DNA from: Dehalococcoidia bacterium
GTDB lineage: Bacteria; Chloroflexota; Dehalococcoidia; DSTF01; JALHUB01
Length of the DNA: 64,000 bases
Assembly: GCA_034420175.1 (NCBI GenBank)
Contig: DAOULP010000114.1
Location: 4,014 to 68,013, forward strand
Direction: 5' to 3'
This document shows positions 18,742 to 28,208 of the stretch, one piece after another; position 1 is the first letter of the stretch, and every line of letters begins with the position of its first letter. Position numbers and translations under genes: made by a program. The notes under the pieces were generated by a model. It was not told where the DNA came from and did no database searches. It saw nothing but the letters and a program-made list of their open reading frames with translations.

Positions 18742-19914
18742 TCACGGCAACGACTCGCAGGCGACGCCGTCGCTATTGCCGTCGAGGTTGAAGGGATCGT
18801 CAGGGAACGCTTCGAGGCATGCCTGGGCCTCGGCGTGAGTGTCAAAGTCGGCGCAGTCGCAGTCCGTCGCCGCGCACGGCCCGCAGGCCGGCGGCGTTGT
18901 CGCTGGTGTCGCTGTAGGCAAGGGCGTTGGTGGTGGAGTGCCGCTGATCGTGATGGAGTAGGTGCTGCAGTCGGATGTCAGGACCACCGTGCCGTCGAGG
19001 TCGGTCCGGTAGACTGTCGCGCCGTGGGCAGCCAGGCGGTCCAGCGTGTCCTGGGCAGGGTGACCGTACGAATTGTCGGCACCGACGCTGATGACAGCCT
19101 CGTTGGGGGTCACCGAATCCAGGAAGGCGTTCGTGGTCGACGTGCTGGAGCCGTGATGGCCAACCTTGAGCACTTCGGCGTCCAAATCCACTGAGGAGTC
19201 GGCCAGCATGTCGGCCTCGCTGTCCTCGGTGGCGTCCCCGGTCAGCAGCACGTCCACAGACCCGCATGAGACACGAAGCACAAGGGAGTCGGTGTTGGCG
19301 TCGCCGGACAGTGAAGTGGTGGGGTGGAGGGCCGTCAGGCTCACACCGGCGAACTGTGCTGAGTGGCCCCGCGTGATGGCCTCGGCAGCTAGCCCTTCCG
19401 CAGTGACGGCGTTCGCGAAAGGATCATGCTTGGGCCCACTGCCCTCGACGCCGTTGGTCCACAGGTGCTGCACGTCGTACTGGGCAAGCACACCCGGCAG
19501 ACCGCCGAAGTGGTCCAAGTGGGGATGAGTCAAGACGAGCAGGTCGATGTCGGGAATATCCTGGCCGGCCAGGTAGGTCAGGAGACCTGAGTCTTCGGGG
19601 CCGCCGTCCACGAGGATGTCGTCATCGCCCGCTTCGACCAGGATCGCGTCGCCTTGGCCCACGTCGATGAAGTGGATCTTGAAGCTTGTGGGCGCGGGTG
19701 TCGCAGTTGCAGCTGGCTCGGTGGCCGAAGGGCTGGCGGTCAAGTCCCTAGGTTCGATGGTGGCAACTGGCGTCCCTCCTGTTTGGGTAGGAGTGGTCGT
19801 CTGGACGGGGGAGGGCGTGACCGCCTCGGCATCATCACCGTTGTCGCTTCCGCCACACGAGAGGGAGGCGGTAGTCACAAGCACAACCAGATAGGCAAGA
19901 ACAAGCCGTCTCAT
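18742..19914 (-). CDS. Secreted MBL-fold (ComEC-C-terminal-like) hydrolase lipoprotein with a C-terminal Excalibur domain
   Basis: Start at the second Met (GGAGGAGG RBS): [48 protein letters not shown]...[13 protein letters not shown] is the HxHxDH metallo-beta-lactamase motif. C-terminus [47 protein letters not shown] is Excalibur. Confidence 0.85.
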   Translation of the reverse strand: MRRLVLAYLVVLVTTASLSCGGSDNGDDAEAVTPSPVQTTTPTQTGGTPVATIEPRDLTASPSATEPAATATPAPTSFKIHFIDVGQGDAILVEAGDDDILVDGGPEDSGLLTYLAGQDIPDIDLLVLTHPHLDHFGGLPGVLAQYDVQHLWTNGVEGSGPKHDPFANAVTAEGLAAEAITRGHSAQFAGVSLTALHPTTSLSGDANTDSLVLRVSCGSVDVLLTGDATEDSEADMLADSSVDLDAEVLKVGHHGSSTSTTNAFLDSVTPNEAVISVGADNSYGHPAQDTLDRLAAHGATVYRTDLDGTVVLTSDCSTYSITISGTPPPTPLPTATPATTPPACGPCAATDCDCADFDTHAEAQACLEAFPDDPFNLDGNSDGVACESLP

Positions 19915-20030
19915 ACTGGGCCTCCTCCAAGCCACGGCTACGTGGCCCTGCCAAATCCCCGGCTTCGGAGACTACTCGGTCGTCTTGCAGGCTGGCGCCC
20001 GCCGCAACGCGTCCGAGCGATCGCGACGGC

Positions 20031-20882
20031 CTACTCCGCCCCGTCGTGCACGAAGACCGCTCTGTCTCTGTTTGTTGCCTCGACCTCCAACTGCGGGATC
20101 TGGCTGTACCCCCCGTGGTCCAGTGACGCTCGGACCTTCCGGAGCAGTTCCTTCCGCGAGACGTGGGGATCTCGCCTCAGATGAACGTTGAAGAAGTAGG
20201 TGAAGGCCCCGTGATACCGCTCATCGATGTAGGCGTCAGCAGACGTCTGGTTCGCCATGCAGCCCGCCCAGAGGATGTGGTGCTTGACGGCCCTCTCCCT
20301 GGCACGACTGGCGAACCTCCTAGCCTCCAGCCCGTCTTCTTCACCGGCGAAGCGAAGATAGAGGTCTGCGGGTGGCGGCAGGTAGCGATTGTGAGTGGGG
20401 TGTTCTGCGGCCAGCTCGGGAGGGGGCGGCAGACCCATCTCTCTCAGCCCCGTTCCGGAGTGGCAGCAGTCAAGGATGACCTCCAGCAGGGCGCCCTCTG
20501 GTACGGGGCCGAGGATGCTGTTGAGGGTGTCGTCGGTGATGTAGGTGTGCCTGTCCCAATTCATGTCATGGGGGCAGATGAGCTCATCCAGGTGATCCTC
20601 AAGCTCCTCATCGTCGTCTCTGTCTCGTATCTGTGAACCGTGCCCGGAGAAGTGGAAGACCAGGAAGTCACCGGACGTGGCCCCCTCCACCAGCCATTCC
20701 AGTCTATGGATGATGTTGTCCTGTGTGGCTCGGCTGTCCGTGAGCACGCGGATTTCCTTCGCCTCGAAGCCGAAGAGGCTGCGAAGAGAGAAGTGCATGT
20801 CAAGGACATCGTTGACGCACCCGCCCAGATCGTTTGCCTCCTTGTACTCATTGATGCCGACCAGTAGAGCCTTCTTGGCCAT
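20031..20882 (-). CDS. Caspase-family (C14) peptidase, standalone, cytoplasmic
   Basis: MAKKALLVGINEY..., catalytic His context FHFSGHGSQ, catalytic Cys context LDCCHSGTG. Perfect AAGGAGGAAG RBS. No signal peptide. Confidence 0.85.
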   Translation of the reverse strand: MAKKALLVGINEYKEANDLGGCVNDVLDMHFSLRSLFGFEAKEIRVLTDSRATQDNIIHRLEWLVEGATSGDFLVFHFSGHGSQIRDRDDDEELEDHLDELICPHDMNWDRHTYITDDTLNSILGPVPEGALLEVILDCCHSGTGLREMGLPPPPELAAEHPTHNRYLPPPADLYLRFAGEEDGLEARRFASRARERAVKHHILWAGCMANQTSADAYIDERYHGAFTYFFNVHLRRDPHVSRKELLRKVRASLDHGGYSQIPQLEVEATNRDRAVFVHDGAE

Positions 20883-21243
20883 TTCTTCCTCCTTGGCAAG
20901 AGCCTAGGGTCTCATGGGTTGACATCCAGCAACCAGAGTCCCGTGCGCCACCTCACCTGTGACGAGCCCTCTCGGTCCGGCCAGCTTCCCGCGTCCGTCC
21001 TTGACCGGCACCCTTCATCAGCTCCTGGGTGACCCTGGCCATCCCTTCTCAACCTGGGATGGCCGCAGGCTAGCCCCGCGGACGCGGGCCGATCTATGAC
21101 CTACTTCACGGAAGGGTGCTTTCTGAGAAGGGGATGGGCGGTTCCTTGGTAGCAGTTGACAGTTGCCCCAGGGGCCAGCGGATGGCCTGTTCCGTGGCCA
21201 TATGATTCCATCGTTGTGTGGCCTGGGCGATATCGCCCGGCCG

Positions 21244-21999
21244 CTAGCCGCACAGGCTCTCACAGGGGATGCCATCGTCGTCCCCGTCGAGCCTGTTGGG
21301 ATCGCCTGGGCAAGCGTTGAACACCTCCATGACCTTGTCGCACGTGCTGAAGTCGCCACAGTTGTACTGATCCCGAGAGCAGTCCACGGTGACCGACGAC
21401 GTAGGTGAGGGCGAGGGTGTCACGTCAAGCGTGGGAGACCCACCGCAACCGGCCGGCGGCGGGTAGTCGCAGGCACCCCAGAGGCCTTGTCCCGCCTGGT
21501 ACGCTTGACACTCCAGGGACTTGAACAAGCCCTCGAACATCGTGTCCGGTGGGTAGGTCTTCACGCGAGCATAGCCCTGCTTGACCAGCTCGGCGTCAAG
21601 GAAGGTCTCACATCCTGGGCTGTTTGGGTCGGTGTCCACCCACACGTAGGCCAGGAGCCGTCCGTATTTGTCGGTGCAGGAGATGTCCCGCAGCAGACAA
21701 ACGCTTCGCCCGTCGAGCAGGCTCTTGGTGAAGGCCGAGGCCTCCGGGCCATAGCACTCCACGGGCTTGCTGGGGTGGACGGTCTCGGGCGTGTCGATGC
21801 CGATCAACCGCACGGTGTAGGTCTGGCCGGGGGCAACGTTGCAGTCGAAGTCGGTCTGGTCGAGCCAGAGGGCCTGCACCTTGAAGGTGTCGCCGTCCGT
21901 CACTTGCGTGACCTGGCCGACAGCGCACCTGGCGCCGGTGCCAAGTACCCCCAGGGTCAGTAGAGCTAGCAGAAGTAAGATGAGCCGGACACGACTCAT
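21244..21999 (-). CDS. Secreted thermonuclease (SNase-like) with a C-terminal Excalibur domain
   Basis: Start at the internal Met with an AAGGAGGAAT RBS: MSRVRLILLLLALLTLGVLGTGARC signal. VRLIGIDTPET...YGRLLAYVW is staphylococcal-nuclease-like. C-terminus DCSRDQYNCGDFSTCDKVMEVFNACPGDPNRLDGDDDGIPCESLCG is Excalibur. Confidence 0.85.
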   Translation of the reverse strand: MSRVRLILLLLALLTLGVLGTGARCAVGQVTQVTDGDTFKVQALWLDQTDFDCNVAPGQTYTVRLIGIDTPETVHPSKPVECYGPEASAFTKSLLDGRSVCLLRDISCTDKYGRLLAYVWVDTDPNSPGCETFLDAELVKQGYARVKTYPPDTMFEGLFKSLECQAYQAGQGLWGACDYPPPAGCGGSPTLDVTPSPSPTSSVTVDCSRDQYNCGDFSTCDKVMEVFNACPGDPNRLDGDDDGIPCESLCG

Positions 22000-22397
22000 G
22001 GCATTCCTCCTTCTCATGCGGCGGGGTGGGTGTGGGGAAGAAGGATGAACGAATATGCCTGCATCAGCATTGTACACCCGCTGTCAAGTAGGAGGGTGTC
22101 TCGCACGATCAACAGCTATTCTGTTGCCGTCGCCATTCCTCCCGCTGGGATGGCCGCAGGCTAGCTCCTCGGATGCGGGCCGATCTATGAGCTACCTCAC
22201 GCAGCGGTGCTTTCCGGGAGGAGGATGGGCGGTCGCTTGGGAGATGCGGACGATGGTACCGGGCGACAACGGCTGGATTGCCCAGCCATCACCATTCACG
22301 GATCGTGTGCGGTCGGTTGGTTCCTGCAGAGGCCAACGAGACGTCAGGGGTGGTCTCAAAGACCACCCCCGTGGTTGAATCGTGGACTGCTGGCTAC

Positions 22398-24095
22398 CTA
22401 CGGGTCTCCCGTGCAGTCCACCACGAACGCCTGGGCCAACACCGTGAGCACGTCGCCCATGTCGATCACGCTGTTGGGAGGGCCAGCGTCCCATGGTGGG
22501 TTTGGCCCAGCGCTGGGCGAGCGGTCGTAGCAGAGGCCCTCCTTGTCAGGGGTGGTGTCTCCGTCCATGTCGCAGGAGCCCTTGACAGTATCGTACGAGA
22601 CGCCATTGGCGTTGGGCGGTCCGCCCTCGTCTGCGAAGGTGTAGAAGAGCACACCGAGCACGTCACCGATGTCCACGATCTGATCCCGTGGGCCGTTGGG
22701 CGTCATGTCTGGGCTGGTCGGGGCTGGCACGTCGTAGAAATCATAGGGGTTGAGGGGGTCGTAGGCACCTGTCGAGCCGGGCTTGGGCACCGGGGCTCCG
22801 GCCGGCTCCTCACTGTCTGCGCAGCCATCGACATCTGTGTCAAGGGAGCACCCATCAGTATGATAGACCTGGAGCTCGTCAAGGCTGGTGAGGCCGTCGG
22901 TATCGGGATCTGCGAGTTCATCGGGAAGAGTGGACGTGCAGCGTCGATGCGCGAAGGGGCCGCCATAAATGCCGTGATCATTCGTCTGGCCCCCCATTCC
23001 CGCGGCAGGCAGATCGTCACTCTCAGGGGAGGGGTCACCCGCGTCAACCGATGGGGAGTCGTAACGAAGGCGGTAGTCCAGGGCTCCTCGGAAACGCGGT
23101 GCTTCGACGATGTCCGTCGGTCCGAGTTCATAGGAGCCGATGGATTGATTGCCGTACAGAGTGTTGTAGGAAGTAGCCGCATGCGAGGGGCCATTGACGG
23201 GATCATCGCTCTCGACAAGCACGGTCTGATTCGAGAGGAAGATGTTGTTGCGCACGGTGGGGAAGGACGGGCCATAGCCGTCATCTGCGAGGAACAAGGC
23301 GGCAGTAGTGCCCTCGAATACGTTGTTGATGAGGTATGGGTTGCTCGTGTAGATCTGCGCGCCGAGAAGAGAGCCGCGAAACACGTTGTTTCGAATCTGC
23401 GGATCAGGCCCGGCTCCTTGAGAAGGAGTGTTGTACCAGCCCCAGTAGCCTACGTGGGTGCATTGGGTAATCAGGTTCGTGAAGGTTCCGCTAGTGTGTT
23501 CGCCGTAGACGCCAGCGGAGCAGTTCCGAAGTTCGAATCCATCGATCACATAGCTGGGGTTGTCCTGATGTTCAACGAGAAGCGCACTAGAACCCCCAGC
23601 GTCTATGACGGTGTTCTCAGCTCCGGCACCAATAAGACTGATGTTCTTGAAGCGGACCCTCACGTTCTCGTGATAGGTGCCTGGGCCGACCTGCACCGTG
23701 TCTCCTGGTTGCGCTGCGTCGACGGCCAGTTGAATTGTGGAATAGTCCTCAGGTACTCGTCTGATAGTACCGGGACGGGGCACAAGAACAAGATCGAGCT
23801 CAGACATGACCCCATTCGTGACGGACACGACCTGAGACGCCTCCGCGTAACCCGGCTTGAAGGCAAAGACCCTGTAGGTCCCAGGGCTTAGATCCTGGAG
23901 TGAGTATTGACCCGCAGAGTCCGTTAGGGTCTCAACGCTGGTTCCTTCCACCCACATGACCGCGGAGCCAAGAGGCACGGCTGACGTGTCCATCACTTGC
24001 CCCGTGACACCCTGCGTGACTGCGCCAATGCCGCTTGGCCACGCGAACGCTGCCAGCAAGCCCACAACCAGTATCCGAGTCAGCGAAGCCTTCAC
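22398..24095 (-). CDS. Secreted protein: CarboxypepD_reg-like domain plus right-handed beta-helix plus a C-terminal dockerin-like module
   Basis: GTG start with a GGAAGGAGG RBS. Signal MKASLTRILVVGLLAAFAWPSGIGA. GQVMDTSAVPLGSAVMWVEG...DSAGQYSLQDLSPGTYRV is transthyretin/Cna-B-like. NNVFRG/NNVFEG/NNIFLS are beta-helix repeats. C-terminal ~120 aa ...DIGDVLGVLFYTFADEGGPPNANGVSYD...VIDMGDVLTVLAQAFVVDCTGDP is the module shared with 24150..26054 and the RHS protein. Confidence 0.75.
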   Translation of the reverse strand: MKASLTRILVVGLLAAFAWPSGIGAVTQGVTGQVMDTSAVPLGSAVMWVEGTSVETLTDSAGQYSLQDLSPGTYRVFAFKPGYAEASQVVSVTNGVMSELDLVLVPRPGTIRRVPEDYSTIQLAVDAAQPGDTVQVGPGTYHENVRVRFKNISLIGAGAENTVIDAGGSSALLVEHQDNPSYVIDGFELRNCSAGVYGEHTSGTFTNLITQCTHVGYWGWYNTPSQGAGPDPQIRNNVFRGSLLGAQIYTSNPYLINNVFEGTTAALFLADDGYGPSFPTVRNNIFLSNQTVLVESDDPVNGPSHAATSYNTLYGNQSIGSYELGPTDIVEAPRFRGALDYRLRYDSPSVDAGDPSPESDDLPAAGMGGQTNDHGIYGGPFAHRRCTSTLPDELADPDTDGLTSLDELQVYHTDGCSLDTDVDGCADSEEPAGAPVPKPGSTGAYDPLNPYDFYDVPAPTSPDMTPNGPRDQIVDIGDVLGVLFYTFADEGGPPNANGVSYDTVKGSCDMDGDTTPDKEGLCYDRSPSAGPNPPWDAGPPNSVIDMGDVLTVLAQAFVVDCTGDP

Positions 24096-24149
24096 GTGAA
24101 ACCTCCTTCCCTGACGGTCGTGCCAGAGTGAGTGGTCAGGGGTCCTCGG

Positions 24150-26054
24150 TTACCCTTGGGGTGCCCCAGTGCAGTCCACCACGAACGCCTGCGCCAGCGC
24201 TGCCAGCACGTCACCGATGTCGATGGCGCCATTGGGCGCACCCGCCGGGTCGATGCCGGTGTCTCCGGACGGACCCAGGCCCGGCGACCGATCGTACTTC
24301 AGTCCCTCCTCTATGTTGTGGGTCGGGCTGGCGTCGTTCACGCTGTCCCCGTTGCCGTCCCAACCCTTGACGCTGTCGTAGTCCACGCCGTTCGCATTGG
24401 GCGGGCCGTTGTCGTCCGCAAAGGAGTAGAACAGAACTGCGAGCACGTCACCGATGTCAACTACCTTGTTGCGTGAACCGTTGGCCCCGTCGACGTCGGC
24501 CTTCGCCGGCACCGGCACGTCGTAGACGTCGTACCAGGCGTCCGGGTCGAAGCTGTCTCCCAGGGCGAACTCCTCGGCATCCGTGCAGCCGTCGTCGTCA
24601 GAGTCGTTGACAGGGTCGTCGCACTGGGTGTCGCCCTCTCGGTCGATGCAGGGGCCCGGCGTTGGGGTGATGGTCGGCGTCGGCGTGGTCGTGGCTGCGA
24701 GAGTCGCGGTGGGAGTAGGCGTCGGGCCGGCCGGGCCTCGGTCATGAACGAAGACATCTTCCTCGCCGTTGGTGTCGCCAGACACGAGGTTGGAGGCGTG
24801 TGAGTCAAAGGAGACATAGCGCCCGTTGGCACTGATCTCCAAGTGGTAGCTGCGCGCGTTGCCCTGGGCGCCCGAACTGTCCACGCTCACCAGCTCGGTG
24901 GATCCGGTCAGCCGGTCGTGGACGAATATGTCTCCCTCCTCGTTGGTATCGTTAGGCACAAGGTTGCTCGCATCGGAGTAGAAGGCGATGTATCGGCCGT
25001 CTCCGCTGCTGGATGGCCAGAAGCTAAGGGAATTGCCTTGGTTCTCGCTTGAGTCGACGCTCACCCTGGCGGTCGTGTCTGTCTGTCGATCGCGGACGAA
25101 GATGTCCATGAACCCGTTGGTGTCGCCTGGCACCAGGTCCGAAGCACCAGAGGCGAATGCCACGAACCGGCCATCCCCACTGATCGATGGGCGCTCGCTG
25201 TTGCCGTTGCCCTCAGTGCCGCCCGGCGTGACACTTGCGCACTCGGTGAGGCCGGTTTCCCGATCGTGGACGAAGACATCTGCTCTGGACACACTCGGGT
25301 TGGTGTCGCACTGACCAGGCGCTAGATTCTTCGCCATGGAATAGAATGCGACGTAGCGACCGTCGAAGCTGAGGGAAGGGTTCCCGCTGCTACTATCGGC
25401 CTCATTGCCGTCCGAGTCGACGCTCACCCGCTCTGTCTCCCCAGTCTCGCGGTCGTGCACAAACACATCCCACGTGCCGTTTGTGTCATCTGGCACGAGG
25501 TTGTCCGCTTCGGTCTGGAAGGCCACATAACGGCCATCCCCGCTGATCACTGGGGGATAGCTCCAGCTGTTTGCCTGTGAACCGGCGCTGTCCACGCTCA
25601 CGAGCTGGGTAGCGCTGGTCTGGCGGTCGCGAACAAAGACATCGTTCTGCCCGTTGGTGTCGCCCGGCACCAGATTGGTGGCATCCGACGAGAACGCCAC
25701 ATACCTGCCGCTGGCACTGAGCGCCTGCCCGTGCTCCCACAGTCGGCTGTGACCATTCGCTTGAACGCCCTCGCTGCTCAAGCTGACTAGCTCTGTGCCC
25801 CCGGTCACTCTATCGCGAAGGAATACATCATACTTGCCGTTGGTGTCGTCCAGAACCAGGTCGGATGCGTAGGACTGGAAAGCCACGTAGCGGCCATCCT
25901 CACTGATGGAGGGATGATCGCTGGCGCCGTTGGCCTGTCCCCCGAGGCTATCGACACTGACCCGCTCGGTGGGGCCTGGGGACGCTTGAGTCTGTACAAC
26001 TGCCGTCCATAGGGCGATGGCTGCGACCGGGAGCAAGAGCGCCTTCTTGGACAT
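24150..26054 (-). CDS. Secreted PD40/TolB-like beta-propeller repeat protein with a C-terminal dockerin-like module
   Basis: Start at MSKKALLLPVAAIALWTAVVQTQA (GGAGGTGG RBS). About 8 repeats of S(I)SGDGRYVAF.S.ASNLVPGDTNG..D(V/I)FVHDR.TG. A TPTPTPT linker follows. C-terminus ...VVDIGDVLAVLFYSFADDNGPPNANGVDYDSVKGWDGNGD...AIDIGDVLAALAQAFVVDCTGAPQG. Confidence 0.8.
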   Translation of the reverse strand: MSKKALLLPVAAIALWTAVVQTQASPGPTERVSVDSLGGQANGASDHPSISEDGRYVAFQSYASDLVLDDTNGKYDVFLRDRVTGGTELVSLSSEGVQANGHSRLWEHGQALSASGRYVAFSSDATNLVPGDTNGQNDVFVRDRQTSATQLVSVDSAGSQANSWSYPPVISGDGRYVAFQTEADNLVPDDTNGTWDVFVHDRETGETERVSVDSDGNEADSSSGNPSLSFDGRYVAFYSMAKNLAPGQCDTNPSVSRADVFVHDRETGLTECASVTPGGTEGNGNSERPSISGDGRFVAFASGASDLVPGDTNGFMDIFVRDRQTDTTARVSVDSSENQGNSLSFWPSSSGDGRYIAFYSDASNLVPNDTNEEGDIFVHDRLTGSTELVSVDSSGAQGNARSYHLEISANGRYVSFDSHASNLVSGDTNGEEDVFVHDRGPAGPTPTPTATLAATTTPTPTITPTPGPCIDREGDTQCDDPVNDSDDDGCTDAEEFALGDSFDPDAWYDVYDVPVPAKADVDGANGSRNKVVDIGDVLAVLFYSFADDNGPPNANGVDYDSVKGWDGNGDSVNDASPTHNIEEGLKYDRSPGLGPSGDTGIDPAGAPNGAIDIGDVLAALAQAFVVDCTGAPQG

Positions 26055-26295
26055 GGGTCCACCTCCACAGAGAAGCATAGCCTCGCTGCCACGCGGCGTG
26101 TCCCGAGTCTACCACGCGCAGTCAAAGGGATCGAGCGCGAACAACGCGACGAACCAGCTCCTAGCTCCGTTCGGAGGGAGCAGGAAACACAATGCTGCCA
26201 TAGTGTGCGGCCAAAGGGCACCAGCCGGTGACGAGCCCAAGACGAGGGGCGGCCGCGCAGGCCGCCCCTCCGTCCTGTGGATGCAGACTCCTTGT

Positions 26296-26550
26296 CTACG
26301 GCGCGGTGCAGTCGATCACGAGCGCCTGCGCCAGCACCGCCAGCACGTCACCAATGTCCACTGTGCGGCTGGGCGGTCTGGCATCGACCGACCAGGGCGG
26401 CTTCCGTTGACTGCCCGCGAACCGCCCGATGGCCGGGTCGTAGTAGCGGGCGCGGAGGTAGTAGAAGTGCGTCTCCTCGTCCCACTGCCCGCTGGTGAAG
26501 CGGAAGTCGGTGTCAGCGGGACCCTCGTAGTGCCTCAGCGCGCCGAACAC
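26296..26550 (-). pseudogene. Displaced chimeric fragment: RHS core-end fused to the tail of the dockerin-like module
   Basis: ...HFRFTSGQWDEETHFYYLRARYYDPAIGRFAGSQ...VDIGDVLAVLAQALVIDCTAP. Nucleotide homology to the other RHS core-ends continues upstream of the nominal ATG, to ~26620. So this is a 3' fragment, not a free-standing gene. Confidence 0.55.
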
Positions 26551-26690
26551 GTCGTACCGATAGCTGCCGGTCCTGCTCCCCGTCCCGTCCGTCAGCTCAG
26601 TCGTCGAGCCTAGGCCGTAGCGCAGGGAGTGCTCCGTGCCGGCCCCGTCGGTCTCCTAGACGAATGCGACGGCGTGAACTGGACGTCGTC

Positions 26691-27095
26691 TCAGCCCCTG
26701 TTCAGCTTCTGGCCCGACCAGCCTTCTCGTTGGATGAGTACCGCCATCCAGACACCCCATGCGGCGAGCAGCGGACAAATGACGACCACAGCCAGCCAAC
26801 CGTCTTCAATGACTCGCCAGGCCAACAGGGGGCCGCCGACGAAAGCCATGCCGCCCGCGAACTGCTGTGCTCTTGAGAACCGCCACCGGAGACGGGTTTG
26901 TGGAGGGGGGGCCGACGCTTCTCTGAATGCCGCCCTCAAGTCGGCCACGTTCGCAGGAAGGGCCATCACCACGATGACACCCGCCACGACGGCCAATACC
27001 CACTGTTGGAAAGCAAGGGCGACGGCGCCTGCCCCCAAGATCCACAGAAGCAGAAAGACCCTTGCCCACAGGCGGCCATCTGTTCCTCGTCGCAT
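26691..27095 (-). CDS. Small integral-membrane protein, putative immunity protein for orphan toxin 2
   Basis: 134 aa with 3-4 hydrophobic helices (LLLWILGAGAVALAF..., VVAGVIVVMALPA..., AVVVICPLLAAWGVWMAVLI). Lies immediately downstream of the orphan RHS C-terminal cassette. Confidence 0.55.
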   Translation of the reverse strand: MRRGTDGRLWARVFLLLWILGAGAVALAFQQWVLAVVAGVIVVMALPANVADLRAAFREASAPPPQTRLRWRFSRAQQFAGGMAFVGGPLLAWRVIEDGWLAVVVICPLLAAWGVWMAVLIQREGWSGQKLNRG

Positions 27096-27110
27096 CGTCC
27101 TCTGTTCCTC

Positions 27111-27755
27111 CTAGTCCGCCAAGCACGATGTCACAACCGGCTCAAGGAGCATGAGAAAGGTCGGGAGCGCCCACGGAGCCGTCTCGGGTTGGACAATGCT
27201 GAGACCCCCGGTACCCGCCGCGACACTTGCAGACGAATAGCAGGCCGGCGACCGGCCGGTCAGCGCATCCCAGATCGAACCCACAACAGAGAACAGACCG
27301 CCTGAACCTTGGCCGGGATCGTAGGGCAGAACCTCGCCGCAAGGACCAACGATGAACGCGGTCGGACTTGCACGCACTGGCCTGGGTGTTGGCGTTGGCG
27401 TCGGCGTGGCTGTGGCTCTCGGCGTCGGCGGGGGTGTCACGCCGAGCTTCTCTCCCATCAGCCTAGGCGCCGGCCGGAATGGCGTCGGAGTGGGAGCGCG
27501 ACAGCTACCCTCGTACTGGAGCCCCCAAGGATCTACGAGGTTACATGGGTTGTTGAGCACATAGGCGTACGGGTTCTGCGACTGGGGCATCTCCGCCAGC
27601 CCCGGCCACGGGTCCCCGCTCACGAACCGCCCGATGGCTGGGTCGTAGTAGCGGGCGCGGAGGTAGTAGAGATCCGTCTCCGCATCCCACTGCTCGCCGG
27701 TGAAGCGGAAGTGGGTGTCAGCCGTCCCATCGTAGTAGCGGAGGGAGCCGAACAC
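27111..27755 (-). CDS. Orphan RHS C-terminal/toxin cassette 2 (no N-terminal RHS body)
   Basis: Begins in the RHS core-end (...HFRFTGEQWDAETDLYYLRARYYDPAIGRFVSGDPWPGL...NPCNLVDPWGL), then a PT linker and a ~100-aa unique tip. Nucleotide homology to the main RHS gene extends upstream to ~27830. Confidence 0.6.
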   Translation of the reverse strand: MFGSLRYYDGTADTHFRFTGEQWDAETDLYYLRARYYDPAIGRFVSGDPWPGLAEMPQSQNPYAYVLNNPCNLVDPWGLQYEGSCRAPTPTPFRPAPRLMGEKLGVTPPPTPRATATPTPTPTPRPVRASPTAFIVGPCGEVLPYDPGQGSGGLFSVVGSIWDALTGRSPACYSSASVAAGTGGLSIVQPETAPWALPTFLMLLEPVVTSCLAD

Positions 27756-27830
27756 ATCATACCGATACTTGCCGGTCCTGCTCCCCGTGCTGTCCGCCAG
27801 CTCAGTCGTCGAGCCCAGCGCCCTCTTCCC

Positions 27831-28208
27831 CTACCTCCTACGCGTGTCCCACCAGAACCCCATCAGGTTCGACAGAAGAAGAACCCCCGCCACTGAGCCG
27901 ATGACGGCAGCATCCCCGCTCACCACTGCCACCAGGGCCAAGATGGCCACCGAGACAACGAGCCGAGGCAGCGGTGCATGGGGGAACCTGCTGGTCAGCC
28001 AACCGGCCACGCCCATCTGCTGAGCCAGAAGACCGCCGATGCCGAACACGGCGAGGAGGTTGATGGCAACTCCCTCCCACAGAGCGAGCACCGCACACGT
28101 CAAGGTCGCCCCGATCGCGACCACGAAGGCAATTGCCCCCGTCCAGACCCTGACTGGCCGGCTGAACCTGTACTTCGTCTCTGCGCCTTGCGCTGGCGGG
28201 GAGCTCAT
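27831..28208 (-). CDS. Membrane protein, putative cognate immunity for the main RHS toxin
   Basis: ATG overlaps the RHS stop (AGATGAGC). ~125 aa with three hydrophobic helices (AIAFVVAIGATLTCAVLAL..., LLAVFGIGGLLAQQMGVAGWL, LVVSVAILALVAVV...). The ORF-track upstream extension lies inside the RHS gene and is rejected. Confidence 0.6.
   Translation of the reverse strand: MSSPPAQGAETKYRFSRPVRVWTGAIAFVVAIGATLTCAVLALWEGVAINLLAVFGIGGLLAQQMGVAGWLTSRFPHAPLPRLVVSVAILALVAVVSGDAAVIGSVAGVLLLSNLMGFWWDTRRR

Noticed and set aside
22278-23891. 537-aa plus-strand ORF
   Set aside because: It is antisense to the beta-helix secreted protein gene, which has a signal peptide and a strong RBS. No motifs.
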